This document shows positions 17,686 to 26,213 of a stretch of 64,000 nucleotides of DNA, in pieces (positions within the stretch are counted from its first letter, which is position 1; each line of letters starts with the position of its first letter). The notes beneath the pieces are model-generated. The model searched no databases, was not told where the DNA came from, and saw nothing but the letters and a program-made list of their open reading frames with translations. Both the position numbers and the translations under genes were made by a program. Source of the DNA: a virus; IMG/VR virus record IMGVR_UViG_3300045988_167582. One strand, given 5' to 3'.

Positions 17686-18180
17686 ATGACTATCAACTTT
17701 ATGAAGGTAGATGACAAAGCTATTACGCCTACACACGGAAGCGCCTATGCCGCAGGATTTGACTTATACGCCCGCACCAAAACGGGGGTACAGCGTATTC
17801 CTGCCGGTAAAACAGAAAAAATCGGAACCGGAATTTGTGTTGAAATCCCTGATGGGTACTTCGGAGCAATTTTTGCAAGAAGCGGACTGGCTACCAACCG
17901 AGGCTTACGCCCTGCAAATTGCGTCGGGGTCATTGATTCTGACTACAGGGGAGAGGTCATCGTGGCTCTCCATAATGATACGGATTCCTGCGAGTCTATT
18001 CACGAGGGAGACCGTATCGCACAGCTTGTTATTCTCCCGTATCTGCCTGTAATTCTCAGAGAGGTTGAGAAGCTGACGGATACCGATAGAGGTGCCGGTG
18101 GCTTCGGCAGTACTGGTGTATCTAATAAGTCTTCTCAGGAGTGCGAACAGCTTTCTTTATTTGATATGACAAACGAGTGA
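17686..18180 (+). CDS. dut: dUTP diphosphatase (trimeric dUTPase)
   Basis: AAGFDLYA, RSGLA, GVIDSDYRGEV, GDRIAQLVI, RGAGGFGSTG motifs. Confidence 0.9.
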   Translation: MTINFMKVDDKAITPTHGSAYAAGFDLYARTKTGVQRIPAGKTEKIGTGICVEIPDGYFGAIFARSGLATNRGLRPANCVGVIDSDYRGEVIVALHNDTDSCESIHEGDRIAQLVILPYLPVILREVEKLTDTDRGAGGFGSTGVSNKSSQECEQLSLFDMTNE

Positions 18181-18244
18181 TAGAACTCGCGAAAACGGGG
18201 CGAGAATATCACTCGTCCCAAATTTCTTTTAAGGAGGAGTGTCG

Positions 18245-18445
18245 ATGAAACCTACAGTTCCAATTTGGCAGAAGTTCACCATTACTGTTGAGGAAGCAGC
18301 GGTGTATTTTCGTATCGGAGAAAATAAACTGCGCCAACTTATGAGCGAGAATAGAAATGCAGACTTTATTCTGTGGAATGGCAATAGACCGCAAATAAAG
18401 CGCCAAAAGTTCGAGGACTTCATCAACAGTTTACATAACATTTAA
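18245..18445 (+). CDS. xis: Excisionase, Tn916 Xis family
   Basis: MKPTVPIWQKFTITVEEAAVYFRIGENKLRQL...NGNRPQIKRQKFE closely parallels Tn916 Xis as I recall it. SD AAGGAGG. Confidence 0.8.
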   Translation: MKPTVPIWQKFTITVEEAAVYFRIGENKLRQLMSENRNADFILWNGNRPQIKRQKFEDFINSLHNI

Positions 18446-18464
18446 TCAAAATTGTTGAGCCCAC

Positions 18465-18493
18465 TTGAAAGAGGGTCGAAAATATGTTAAAAT
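18465..18493 (+). promoter_or_regulatory. Putative sigma-A promoter upstream of int
   Basis: TTGAAA-17 nt-TAAAAT, bracketed by a 9-bp inverted repeat GAGCCCACT (18457-18465) / AGTGGGCTC (18528-18536). Confidence 0.4.
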
Positions 18494-18556
18494 ATTTTAA
18501 CAAAATATACTTGTTTATACATATCGTAGTGGGCTCTTATCGGAAAGGAGTTTCTT

Positions 18557-19825
18557 ATGTCCGAAAAGAGACGCGACAACAAGGGTAGGTTGCTACAGTC
18601 CTGCGAAAGACAAAGAAGCGACGGTATGTATGAGTTTCGGTACTTAGACAAGCAAGGTAAGAAGCATAGTGTGTATAGTTGGAAGCTGGTTTCCACAGAC
18701 AAGGTGCCACTGGGCAAGAGATGTAAAGAGCCTCTGCGTGATACGGAACGCAGGATTATTCGAGACCTTGAGGACGGCATAGATACCATCGAAGCATACA
18801 AGACTACGCTCAACCATTTCTTTAATGAGTATATCGAAACAAAATATGAACTGAAACAATCTACCCGAACAAACTATAAGTATATGTACCGCAAGTATGT
18901 GCGAGATGACTTTGGCTGTAAGAAGATTGCGAGCATTAAATATAGCGATGTCAAGAAGTTCTATATCTCTTTGATTAGGGATAGAGGTTTCAAGCCCAAC
19001 AGTTTAGAAACAATCCACACAATACTTCATCCTGTTTTCACAGCCGCCATGAGGGACGGTAAAATCAGAGTTAATCCAAGCGACGGGGTGATGGCTGAAA
19101 TTAAGAAAAGCCACGACTGGTCAAAACCAAAACGACACGCACTAACAATTCCCGAACAAGAGGCGTTCGTGAAGTTTTGTAGTAAGAGCAAGCAATACCA
19201 GCATTGGATGCCATTGTTTACTGTGTTCCTCGGGACTGGATGCAGAGTTGGCGAGGTTATAGGACTTCGATGGGAAGACTGTGATTTTGAACACAACCTT
19301 ATTTCCATCAATCACAACCTTATATACAGGCAACAGGATAGCGGAGTGTGTGAATTCCACATTACAACCCCGAAGACCGAATCTGGTAAGCGTGTGATAC
19401 CGATGTTGCAAAAAGTCAAGGACGCACTGCTGCTTGAGTACAAAATCCAATCACGGGGTGGCTTCAATGAAACGGTAATCGATGGTTATAGTGGATTCAT
19501 ATTTAAGAATCGATTTGGCTCCGTGGTGTCAGCCCACTGCATAAACAGAGCGATTGAGAGAATATGTAGAGACTATAATAAGGAAGAAAAAGAAAAGGCA
19601 AAAGCCGAACAACGAGAGCCTGTTTTGATACCTCATTTTACAGTACACCAATTACGACATACATTCTGTACCCGGTTCTGTGAAAACGAGACGAATATCA
19701 AAGTCATTCAAGAAATAATGGGTCACGCTGATATCTCAACGACGATGGATATCTATAATGAAGCAACGATGGCAAAGAAAGTTGAAAGCTTTGCAAACCT
19801 TGAAGGCAAGATAAAAATATGCTGA
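18557..19825 (+). CDS. int: Tyrosine integrase, Tn916 Int family
   Basis: MSEKRRDNKGRLL...VYSWKLV.TD.VP.GKR N-terminus as in Tn916 Int. Catalytic GLRWED, HQLRHTF, GHADISTTMDIY. Confidence 0.9.
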   Translation: MSEKRRDNKGRLLQSCERQRSDGMYEFRYLDKQGKKHSVYSWKLVSTDKVPLGKRCKEPLRDTERRIIRDLEDGIDTIEAYKTTLNHFFNEYIETKYELKQSTRTNYKYMYRKYVRDDFGCKKIASIKYSDVKKFYISLIRDRGFKPNSLETIHTILHPVFTAAMRDGKIRVNPSDGVMAEIKKSHDWSKPKRHALTIPEQEAFVKFCSKSKQYQHWMPLFTVFLGTGCRVGEVIGLRWEDCDFEHNLISINHNLIYRQQDSGVCEFHITTPKTESGKRVIPMLQKVKDALLLEYKIQSRGGFNETVIDGYSGFIFKNRFGSVVSAHCINRAIERICRDYNKEEKEKAKAEQREPVLIPHFTVHQLRHTFCTRFCENETNIKVIQEIMGHADISTTMDIYNEATMAKKVESFANLEGKIKIC

Positions 19826-19827
19826 TG

Positions 19828-20062
19828 ATTTTACCACTTTTTCTACCACTTTTCAAAGCAAAGTAGTGGTAAAATATAAGAATATATATGAATCGAGGAT
19901 ATCGTGAATCGTTGTGAGGCAAAGGATTTGAGAAGTTATGAGAGGTTATAATAAAGTCGGATTTCTAATCCCGACAATGAAACCTTTAGATTAAAAAAAT
20001 GTTGTGAGACAACGACTTGCACCGTTATCAGTAGTTGTTTTACCACTTTTTTACCACTTTTG
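19828..20062. other. attP-like region: five TACCACT arm-type repeats flanking a ~160-bp core
   Basis: TACCACT at 19832, 19844, 20041, 20052 (direct) and AGTGGTA at 19865 (inverted). GTTGTGAGRCAA at 19911 and 20001. Immediately 3' of int. Confidence 0.45.
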
Positions 20063-20232
20063 AAATTTTAGATAGCTCACTATGATATGAATGAAAGGCA
20101 CTGTTGTTATTTACAATGGTGTTTTTCTTTTTTTAGAAATCTTTTCAGCAATAACAGCCATTTAGTGCTGAATGATAATGTTTATAATTATTAACACAAA
20201 TGAGATTTATGTTTATAATTATTGACATTATG

Positions 20233-20279
20233 ACCAAGAAAAGAAAAGCGGGCAGAGTGTATAAAACTCATGCCCGCTT
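20233..20279 (-). terminator. Rho-independent terminator (minus strand)
   Basis: 9-bp stem AAGCGGGCA/TGCCCGCTT (16-nt loop) followed on the minus strand by TTTTCTTTTCTT. Confidence 0.55.
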
Positions 20280-20300
20280 AAACGCGTTTAACGCCCCTAT

Positions 20301-20340
20301 ATTGGAAAAGAAATGGAGGAGTGTAGTTTGGCACTCCTCC
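20301..20340 (-). terminator. Hairpin with T-rich tail (minus strand), downstream of the SLOG-like gene
   Basis: Perfect 9-bp stem GGAGGAGTG/CACTCCTCC, then ATTTCTTTTCC on the minus strand. Confidence 0.45.
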
Positions 20341-20471
20341 GAAATTTGCTTTATAGAGAGTTTTCTGCTGGTTGTCAGCAATCTCTTCCTGCTGCCAACA
20401 ACTATGGAAGCTTATCCTGCCCATATTCAGCCCGACTTTTTACAGTACTTTCACACCAGCGTGTGTAAATA

Positions 20472-20990
20472 TTAGACCGACACACTCTCCTGTAACAGCT
20501 TGGAATAGATGACTTGCGTTTTTGGAGTACACGCACCAATAACTTTATCCAAGTCGCCCAATGTTTTAATAACAACCATCCGGTCAATATTAGTAAGATA
20601 CATCAACACATTTTTGTGTTGCATAATCAGATTGATAGTGTTATTCAGCGTGCCGCGACTCTCGCCATCCCAAATCATAAAGCCGTAATCAGCCTCGTTT
20701 GTCATGGCAATGTCTTTCTGCTTATAGAAATCAAACCCGTGAATGTGTGAGGGAACGGCAACGTTGCGAACGTTCCAACCACCAATGTTATTCCGAGCTT
20801 TACCGTTGCTTGCAAAAATGGTGACATTGCTATACCCCAAGTTGGAATAAAATCTCTGAACAGAAGCATCGACACCGTAACAATCTCCGACAAGGACATC
20901 GTAACCCTTTTGATAGATTGTCATCATCCTCTGCTGGACAGAAACATCTAATTTTTGCACCGAACGTGCCCCTGCGATAAAAATTTTCAC
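20472..20990 (-). CDS. Stand-alone DprA/SLOG-like Rossmann protein (172 aa)
   Basis: GTG start with SD GAGAGGAG. VLVGDCYGVDASVQRF, VTIFAS, DYGFMIWDGESRGTLNT parallel the DprA Rossmann core (G.ARGID..AH; T.AVLG; VVEA..SG.L.T). Confidence 0.55.
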   Translation of the reverse strand: MKIFIAGARSVQKLDVSVQQRMMTIYQKGYDVLVGDCYGVDASVQRFYSNLGYSNVTIFASNGKARNNIGGWNVRNVAVPSHIHGFDFYKQKDIAMTNEADYGFMIWDGESRGTLNNTINLIMQHKNVLMYLTNIDRMVVIKTLGDLDKVIGACTPKTQVIYSKLLQESVSV

Positions 20991-21010
20991 GGTATCACAC
21001 TCCTCTCAAA

Positions 21011-21643
21011 TTATTTTGTTTTGGCAATTGCCAGATAGTATACTTTCGCAACAAGTGGGTCTTCTTTCAATACGGCAACGCATTCGTTTGCAGTGCTTCC
21101 TGTGGAATACAAGTCGTCTATAAGAAGAATATTACACTTGCGTGTTGCGGGCTTTAATTTAATAATAGAGCCGTGCATATCTCTATTGTTCTTATCTATA
21201 CTCTTGGCGGGTATGTTGCTTATCTTTTTCAAAACATCCTCTGCACAAGGAATATGCATTTTAGCTGATATAGTTTCTGCAATCATATAGACTGGCTGAG
21301 AAATTCGTTCAATGGTAGGCGGTGCGGGAAGAATAATATTGACCTTTTTATCTGAAAGCCAACTATTAAGAAACTCTACACACATTTCGGCGATGGATTC
21401 ACTTGTATCTAAGTGACCGTTATATTTCAATGAATGAAGCAGTTTCCCGACGGCAGTGTATGTCGTGTTGAATTGGGGACGACCAAACACATCATTACCA
21501 ATGTATTCGCTGTTTTCTACATATTTGTCTATAATAAATCCTTCGTCCCACAAGCCATTAACTTTTATATGCACACTCATTGTGGCGTTCACCAACCTAT
21601 AATTTCTCATCATTGTTTTAGCATATATCGAGCCGAATGTCAA
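21011..21643 (-). CDS. ComF-type phosphoribosyltransferase-domain protein (start uncertain; ATG at 21580 has the better SD)
   Basis: PRPP-binding signature NILLIDDLYSTGSTANE. ComFC-like core LKYNGH...ILPAPP. No N-terminal Cys4 finger. Confidence 0.7.
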   Translation of the reverse strand: MTFGSIYAKTMMRNYRLVNATMSVHIKVNGLWDEGFIIDKYVENSEYIGNDVFGRPQFNTTYTAVGKLLHSLKYNGHLDTSESIAEMCVEFLNSWLSDKKVNIILPAPPTIERISQPVYMIAETISAKMHIPCAEDVLKKISNIPAKSIDKNNRDMHGSIIKLKPATRKCNILLIDDLYSTGSTANECVAVLKEDPLVAKVYYLAIAKTK

Positions 21644-21722
21644 TATTTCGGTTCAAGTTACCAAAATATTGTGCCGATGTGCTGGTGCAATCTGTATTAT
21701 CGGGTTCAGACCCACTTTTTAC

Positions 21723-21893
21723 TTAGGAACCAGCAGAATCATCAACCCAAGTTAGTGTACCACTGACATTTTTGAGCACCTGAGTCTTCCCGGCGTCATA
21801 GCCTTTAACTCTGGCTAACACTTCGGTAAACATCTTTTTAATGTCATCGGCATGAGTCTTATCCATAGAATTAAAACCACTGTTGTTAATCAT
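21723..21893 (-). CDS. Hypothetical 56-aa protein
   Basis: ATG with SD AGAGGT 6 nt upstream. No motif. Confidence 0.4.
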   Translation of the reverse strand: MINNSGFNSMDKTHADDIKKMFTEVLARVKGYDAGKTQVLKNVSGTLTWVDDSAGS

Positions 21894-21951
21894 AATAATA
21901 CCTCTAAAATGTTCATCAAGATATTTTACACCCACAAAATATCCTCTGAAA

Positions 21952-22350
21952 TTAGTGTTCTTCCTCGTCGGGATGCGAGGACTCATAATCAATTGTCCAG
22001 TGCGACATTTCATCAAGCATCAACATAGCGAAACTATTCCCGTGCAGTCTGTTAATATACAAATCCTCAACGCACATCAGAGTCTTTTTTTTCGTATAAA
22101 GGCGAAATTTTTGTATCGTTGTACTTGTAAAAATGTTCTTAATAACAGTGCGGCATTGTGTTCGCGTAAATTCCATCATAATGTCGTTTGTTGCGGCAAC
22201 GCTTTCCTTAAATTCCTTATCTTCGTCGATATGCCGCTCCAAAAGCTCTTTGATTTCAGCAATGCTGTCAGAGACTTCGTCAGACTTGCCATATTTCTTA
22301 AAGAAGCTGGCAATAGCCTGACGAGCGGTCTTTGAAGCAAGTGTAATCAC
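21952..22350 (-). CDS. Hypothetical protein (coiled-coil-like; start uncertain)
   Basis: GTG start without a clear SD. The open frame upstream encodes a TM-like IAAILGAVISAAS but has no canonical start. Confidence 0.35.
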   Translation of the reverse strand: MITLASKTARQAIASFFKKYGKSDEVSDSIAEIKELLERHIDEDKEFKESVAATNDIMMEFTRTQCRTVIKNIFTSTTIQKFRLYTKKKTLMCVEDLYINRLHGNSFAMLMLDEMSHWTIDYESSHPDEEEH

Positions 22351-22565
22351 GGAAGCGGCAGAAATAACAGCACCAAGAATGGCAGCTATATTTTTACCAC
22401 TTCCACAGATTATTCACCGTCTTTCTCGTCCTTGGAGCCGTCGATAAAACTGTTATTAAACTCATTAACGGCATCTTCGATGAGCATATGAATCTCAATA
22501 TCCGTAATAGTGATGCCCTTTTCACCGAGCATAGAGGTTACGGACTCAATGCACTTGTTGAGCTT

Positions 22566-23495
22566 TTACACTCTCTTAAGATATTTGCCGGCACACATCC
22601 AGTTGCCGCTCTCGAGTTGACACCAGTTACCCTGACGAGCCACGACATAGAATATCTCGCCTCTTGAGTACTGCCCGACTCGGCGATACCTTACAGACGG
22701 ACCCTTGCGAACATATAACATTTGGCAAGTCATAGTGTAGGCTGTGCCTCTGTGTGACGGAGCAGGTGACGCAGACACATTGTTCACATATGTACCTTTG
22801 GTGTTCTGAACGCCGCAAAACTCGGCAGGATTTATGCGCGTAACCGTGCCTTTACCAGTGCGAACCTCGTAATGAGTATGTGCACCAAAACTGTTGCCGG
22901 TGTTACCCATTATGCCGACAACATCACCGGCAGAAACCCTCTGACCCTTATGCATAGAGATAGACGCAAGGTGCGCGTAAAAGTGCCGCTTGCCGGTTGA
23001 ATCGGTTATGACAACAAGGTTGCCATAGCTCTGTGTGCCTGTTTTGGTTTTGCCGTCCCAGACGGAAACCATTGATACTGTGCCGCCCTCTACCGCGTGG
23101 ACGGTTCTATCATCATCTCCGACTATGTCTATACCGCCGTGTCCTTGTTTAGTATTGATATTATATGTGTACGGCTGCGTTACGCGGTTACGACCGGAAA
23201 AAAGCATTCCTGCCGCATATCCGCCTGTTTCTTCATTCTGCCTTACATCGTCTTCCGTACCGTATGTGAGAGCTCTTGCGCTATCGTTCAAGCCCTCAGT
23301 TGTCGGGTCAACGAGTATTCCGAGTGCAGACAGAAAATTCACGATAAGCATTAAGACCCCCGTCAGCGTGTCCTCACTCACTTTTGGCACGATTTCAAAC
23401 ATTCCGAGGATTTGATAAATTGTCGCCAAAATAAGTGTAATCAGCGACACCACGAATGTCTTGTTCTTAAACCTCTGCTTGATGTTGATTTTCAT
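22566..23495 (-). CDS. Endolysin: holin-like (phi LC3-type) N-terminal membrane domain + M23 peptidase + SH3
   Basis: N-terminus KNKTFVVSLITLILA...DPTTEGLNDS (holin_1-like, 2 TM). HGGIDI...HFYAHL...GNTGNSFGAHTHYEV (M23). C-terminal SH3-like YVRKGPS...GNWCQL. Confidence 0.75.
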   Translation of the reverse strand: MKINIKQRFKNKTFVVSLITLILATIYQILGMFEIVPKVSEDTLTGVLMLIVNFLSALGILVDPTTEGLNDSARALTYGTEDDVRQNEETGGYAAGMLFSGRNRVTQPYTYNINTKQGHGGIDIVGDDDRTVHAVEGGTVSMVSVWDGKTKTGTQSYGNLVVITDSTGKRHFYAHLASISMHKGQRVSAGDVVGIMGNTGNSFGAHTHYEVRTGKGTVTRINPAEFCGVQNTKGTYVNNVSASPAPSHRGTAYTMTCQMLYVRKGPSVRYRRVGQYSRGEIFYVVARQGNWCQLESGNWMCAGKYLKRV

Positions 23496-23501
23496 AATTT
23501 T

Positions 23502-23762
23502 TTACACTCCTTTGTGATAATTTTCAAGGTCGTCAATTCGGTGATTGATAACCTTAATTTTTTGCTCCATTACCGGTATTCGCTCGGCAAAATTGTTATG
23601 CATACGCACCTCTCTCGTAAGTTCTTCAATCTTTGTATCGATAACAGCTTGATTGCGCTCAAGCTGCGTCGTCATATTACGGGAAGTGCTTATCGATGTT
23701 ATAATAACGCCGAGAAGAGCAAGACCGCCCGAGATTATAGCAACAGCTACAGCATCACTCAT
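23502..23762 (-). CDS. XhlA-like membrane protein (lysis accessory/holin-associated)
   Basis: N-terminal TM AVAIISGGLALLGVIITSI followed by a coiled coil. Adjacent to the lysin. Confidence 0.6.
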   Translation of the reverse strand: MSDAVAVAIISGGLALLGVIITSISTSRNMTTQLERNQAVIDTKIEELTREVRMHNNFAERIPVMEQKIKVINHRIDDLENYHKGV

Positions 23763-23898
23763 TCGCTCCCTCGCTTTCTTTAACTGCCGTTATCAAGCGA
23801 TTTGCTTCATCCGGCGTAAGCCATTTCTTAGCGCATTTGGTTAAATTGGCTACCGATATTTTGCCGAGAATATACCGCTGCCAAAGAAATTCATACAT
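23755..23898 (-). CDS. XkdX-like small phage protein (47 aa)
   Basis: MYEFLWQRYILGKISVANLTKCAKKWLTPDEANRLI resembles the XkdX family. ATGA overlaps with neighbours. Confidence 0.45.
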   Translation of the reverse strand: MYEFLWQRYILGKISVANLTKCAKKWLTPDEANRLITAVKESEGANE

Positions 23899-24052
23899 TA
23901 TTGTTGTCCTCCTCGATTATAGTGAGCATTATCTCTTGGATTGCTTGAGAATTAGCTTCTATTCGGTCTTCCACCGTCAACGGGATGTGCTCTTCAATAG
24001 AAGTTAATTCCTCGTTGGTCTCAACCAGTTCGCCGTCTACGTATTTTTTCAT
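23891..24052 (-). CDS. Hypothetical small acidic protein (53 aa)
   Basis: Coupled ORF between the fibre and XkdX-like genes. Confidence 0.4.
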   Translation of the reverse strand: MKKYVDGELVETNEELTSIEEHIPLTVEDRIEANSQAIQEIMLTIIEEDNNNV

Positions 24053-24070
24053 ACAATACACCTACCCTCT

Positions 24071-26116
24071 CTACTTGAAATATACTTGAATTTGGGTTCC
24101 TACCGGGAGTAATCTGGACGTGCCCCCCGTGGAACTCAGCGTTAACTTTTTAAAATGTTTTTCTTCTTCTGTTTTCCCGGGGAGCTTTATAACGCCATAT
24201 CCGACTTTAGGAAATGCCCCGTAAGGAGAGGAGTTCTTGTTTAGCACCCCCCAAGTAGTACAGCACGCGAAGGGGGCGGACAGCTTAAGTCTAAATCCTC
24301 CTAAGAAATTAAGACCAGTATCGGGCTTTATAACTGTATTACTGCCGTCACCGCCGCAGGAGATGAAATAATTCTTGTATCCTCCTGCACTTTCAAACTC
24401 TGCCTTAACATATGCCAAGGTCTGCGTGGGAGGGGGCACAACAAGCGTTACAAGAAGCTCGGTAGGATAAAGGCTTAAAGCACTTGTGGTAAAATTAAAT
24501 TCTACGCTCGAGACCTCGGTTTCCAACGTCTGCTTAGACCACAATTTAAACTCTTTAAGGTCGCTTCGTTCCCATAACGTATTTATACCTAATTCGTGGT
24601 CGTATAACGTTTCAGTTATAACCTTATTTTGCACTGGGTTTTCTGATGTTTCGGACAGTTCGGTGTCAACGTTCTCTTTGATTGTAGCAAGAAATGCATC
24701 AATCTCGGCTTTGGTATATGAGTCTCCACCGATAACTTTGTACTCGCCGTTGATAAGACGATAATGGATGTATGAACCATTGGATTGATTTGTAATGTAG
24801 TAATCGGTAAATTCATTGCCGTCAGAGACACTCGGTAGAGTGGCTGCAACATATGCGAGAGAACCGGCAACCATTTTCCAAGCATTATCAATCCACTTAT
24901 AGTAGAGACAGCCGGTGGAAGAGTTCAGAATGTAGTCAACATCCGTTTCGCCACTTTCAGGAAGTGTTTCAACAACGACCGTAGAAGAGGCACCAAATGC
25001 ATCCCATTGCTTCTCACCGACCGAGTTCGTAATGTACCAGTATTTGTCGTAGCCGTCGCCTGACTTTTTTGGGATAAGATAAAATGTCTGTGATTCACCG
25101 GTAACAGGAAGCTCGTCTACAATCTTAATTGTAAAAGCCTTATAATCCGCGAGCAAAGCCTGCGTATATGTTTTTGAGAGTTCAACCGCGCCGCGCACTG
25201 CGTCGCCAAGCTTTGAATACTTAACCGTGTCCGTCAGCTTATACGCGTCCGCAATTTCATGTGTTACAGCTAAAAGATTTTCCTGAACAATATCAGCGCG
25301 ACCCTGTGCATAAGAGTAAATATCGGCATTGAGCCCCTGCGGGTCATAAACACTTGGTTGCATTGCTGTGTCAGCTTTTTTCAATGTTTCTTCAAATTGT
25401 GAATTGACCTTTGCGCGGGTCAAACTGCCGTCTTCAATGGTCATCTCGGCAAGCTGTCCACTCAGTAAATACTCTGCCATTTCGGCTTTAACGGCTTTTT
25501 CAATTTCTTGTGCAACTACTTCGTTGCTCGCCAGCTCTGTAATTTTTATCTCAAGTTTATCAACTTGCGTCTGATTTGCTTTTGTTGCAATTGCCGCCGC
25601 ATTTGCATTTTCAGCAGCTTTTGCACGAATGATTTCCGTCTGTAAGGCAGTAGTGTCCGCCTTTCGATTTACCTGTGCTTGTAAGTCTGCCGTTTTATTT
25701 TCAAGGTCAGTTACGCTCTGACTATTCCATGAGGTTACAGCCTCAATTTTCGCAACCAACTGGTTGTAAAGTGACTGCGAAATTTCTGTGCTCTGAGCAT
25801 CAGAAACAAGAATGTCGCTGTCAATCTTTAATATAAGATAGTTCGTAGTGGCGATGGTTTTGCCGCCGCTGCCATAGAGCATAAGTGTACAAGTACCGGC
25901 TCCGATTTCTGCAGGCAAAAATACACAGTTATCGTCGTCAAGGTACTGATTATATGCTGTCCCATTCTGACGAAACTGAGCAAATGTCATTAAGCCATTC
26001 CATTCATCGCCAAGGTTGAATTTAAACTTTACAAACTCCTGCGAACCAGATATGATATTGTCAAATGAGGAGGCAATGGATAGCCTCTGGTTGACAACAT
26101 TAACATATATACTCAT
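24071..26116 (-). CDS. Tail fibre / upper baseplate-like protein with coiled-coil shaft
   Basis: 681 aa, central heptad-rich region, position distal to Tal/RBP. Confidence 0.55.
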   Translation of the reverse strand: MSIYVNVVNQRLSIASSFDNIISGSQEFVKFKFNLGDEWNGLMTFAQFRQNGTAYNQYLDDDNCVFLPAEIGAGTCTLMLYGSGGKTIATTNYLILKIDSDILVSDAQSTEISQSLYNQLVAKIEAVTSWNSQSVTDLENKTADLQAQVNRKADTTALQTEIIRAKAAENANAAAIATKANQTQVDKLEIKITELASNEVVAQEIEKAVKAEMAEYLLSGQLAEMTIEDGSLTRAKVNSQFEETLKKADTAMQPSVYDPQGLNADIYSYAQGRADIVQENLLAVTHEIADAYKLTDTVKYSKLGDAVRGAVELSKTYTQALLADYKAFTIKIVDELPVTGESQTFYLIPKKSGDGYDKYWYITNSVGEKQWDAFGASSTVVVETLPESGETDVDYILNSSTGCLYYKWIDNAWKMVAGSLAYVAATLPSVSDGNEFTDYYITNQSNGSYIHYRLINGEYKVIGGDSYTKAEIDAFLATIKENVDTELSETSENPVQNKVITETLYDHELGINTLWERSDLKEFKLWSKQTLETEVSSVEFNFTTSALSLYPTELLVTLVVPPPTQTLAYVKAEFESAGGYKNYFISCGGDGSNTVIKPDTGLNFLGGFRLKLSAPFACCTTWGVLNKNSSPYGAFPKVGYGVIKLPGKTEEEKHFKKLTLSSTGGTSRLLPVGTQIQVYFK

Positions 26117-26213
26117 TTAATTCCTCCATTCTTCGTAATTGCAAAGCAATACAGTATTTGAGAAGTATGTAAGTCAACATTAAGTGCGATACTCATCTTC
26201 CGTATTCTTTGTT

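Noticed and set aside
19946-19967. tRNA anticodon-arm-like palindrome GTCGGATTTCTAATCCCGAC in the attP core (possible tRNA-Arg fragment)
   Set aside because: The stem is imperfect for a 5-bp/7-nt anticodon arm, and no T-arm (GGTTCGAATCC-like) or acceptor sequence follows.
20082-20190. 35-aa Cys-rich plus-strand peptide (MNERHCCYLQWCF...)
   Set aside because: It has no SD, overlaps a hairpin with a T-run, and shows no supporting feature.
20200-20475. 91-aa plus-strand ORF in the int-cassette intergenic region
   Set aside because: It runs through two terminator hairpins and the duplicated 19-mer. It has no SD and a hydrophobic, junk-like sequence, so the region is better explained as regulatory/attP-adjacent DNA.
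21883-22335. 150-aa plus-strand ORF opposite the accessory genes
   Set aside because: It is antisense to the better-supported minus-strand ORFs in a block that is otherwise entirely minus-strand. It has no SD.
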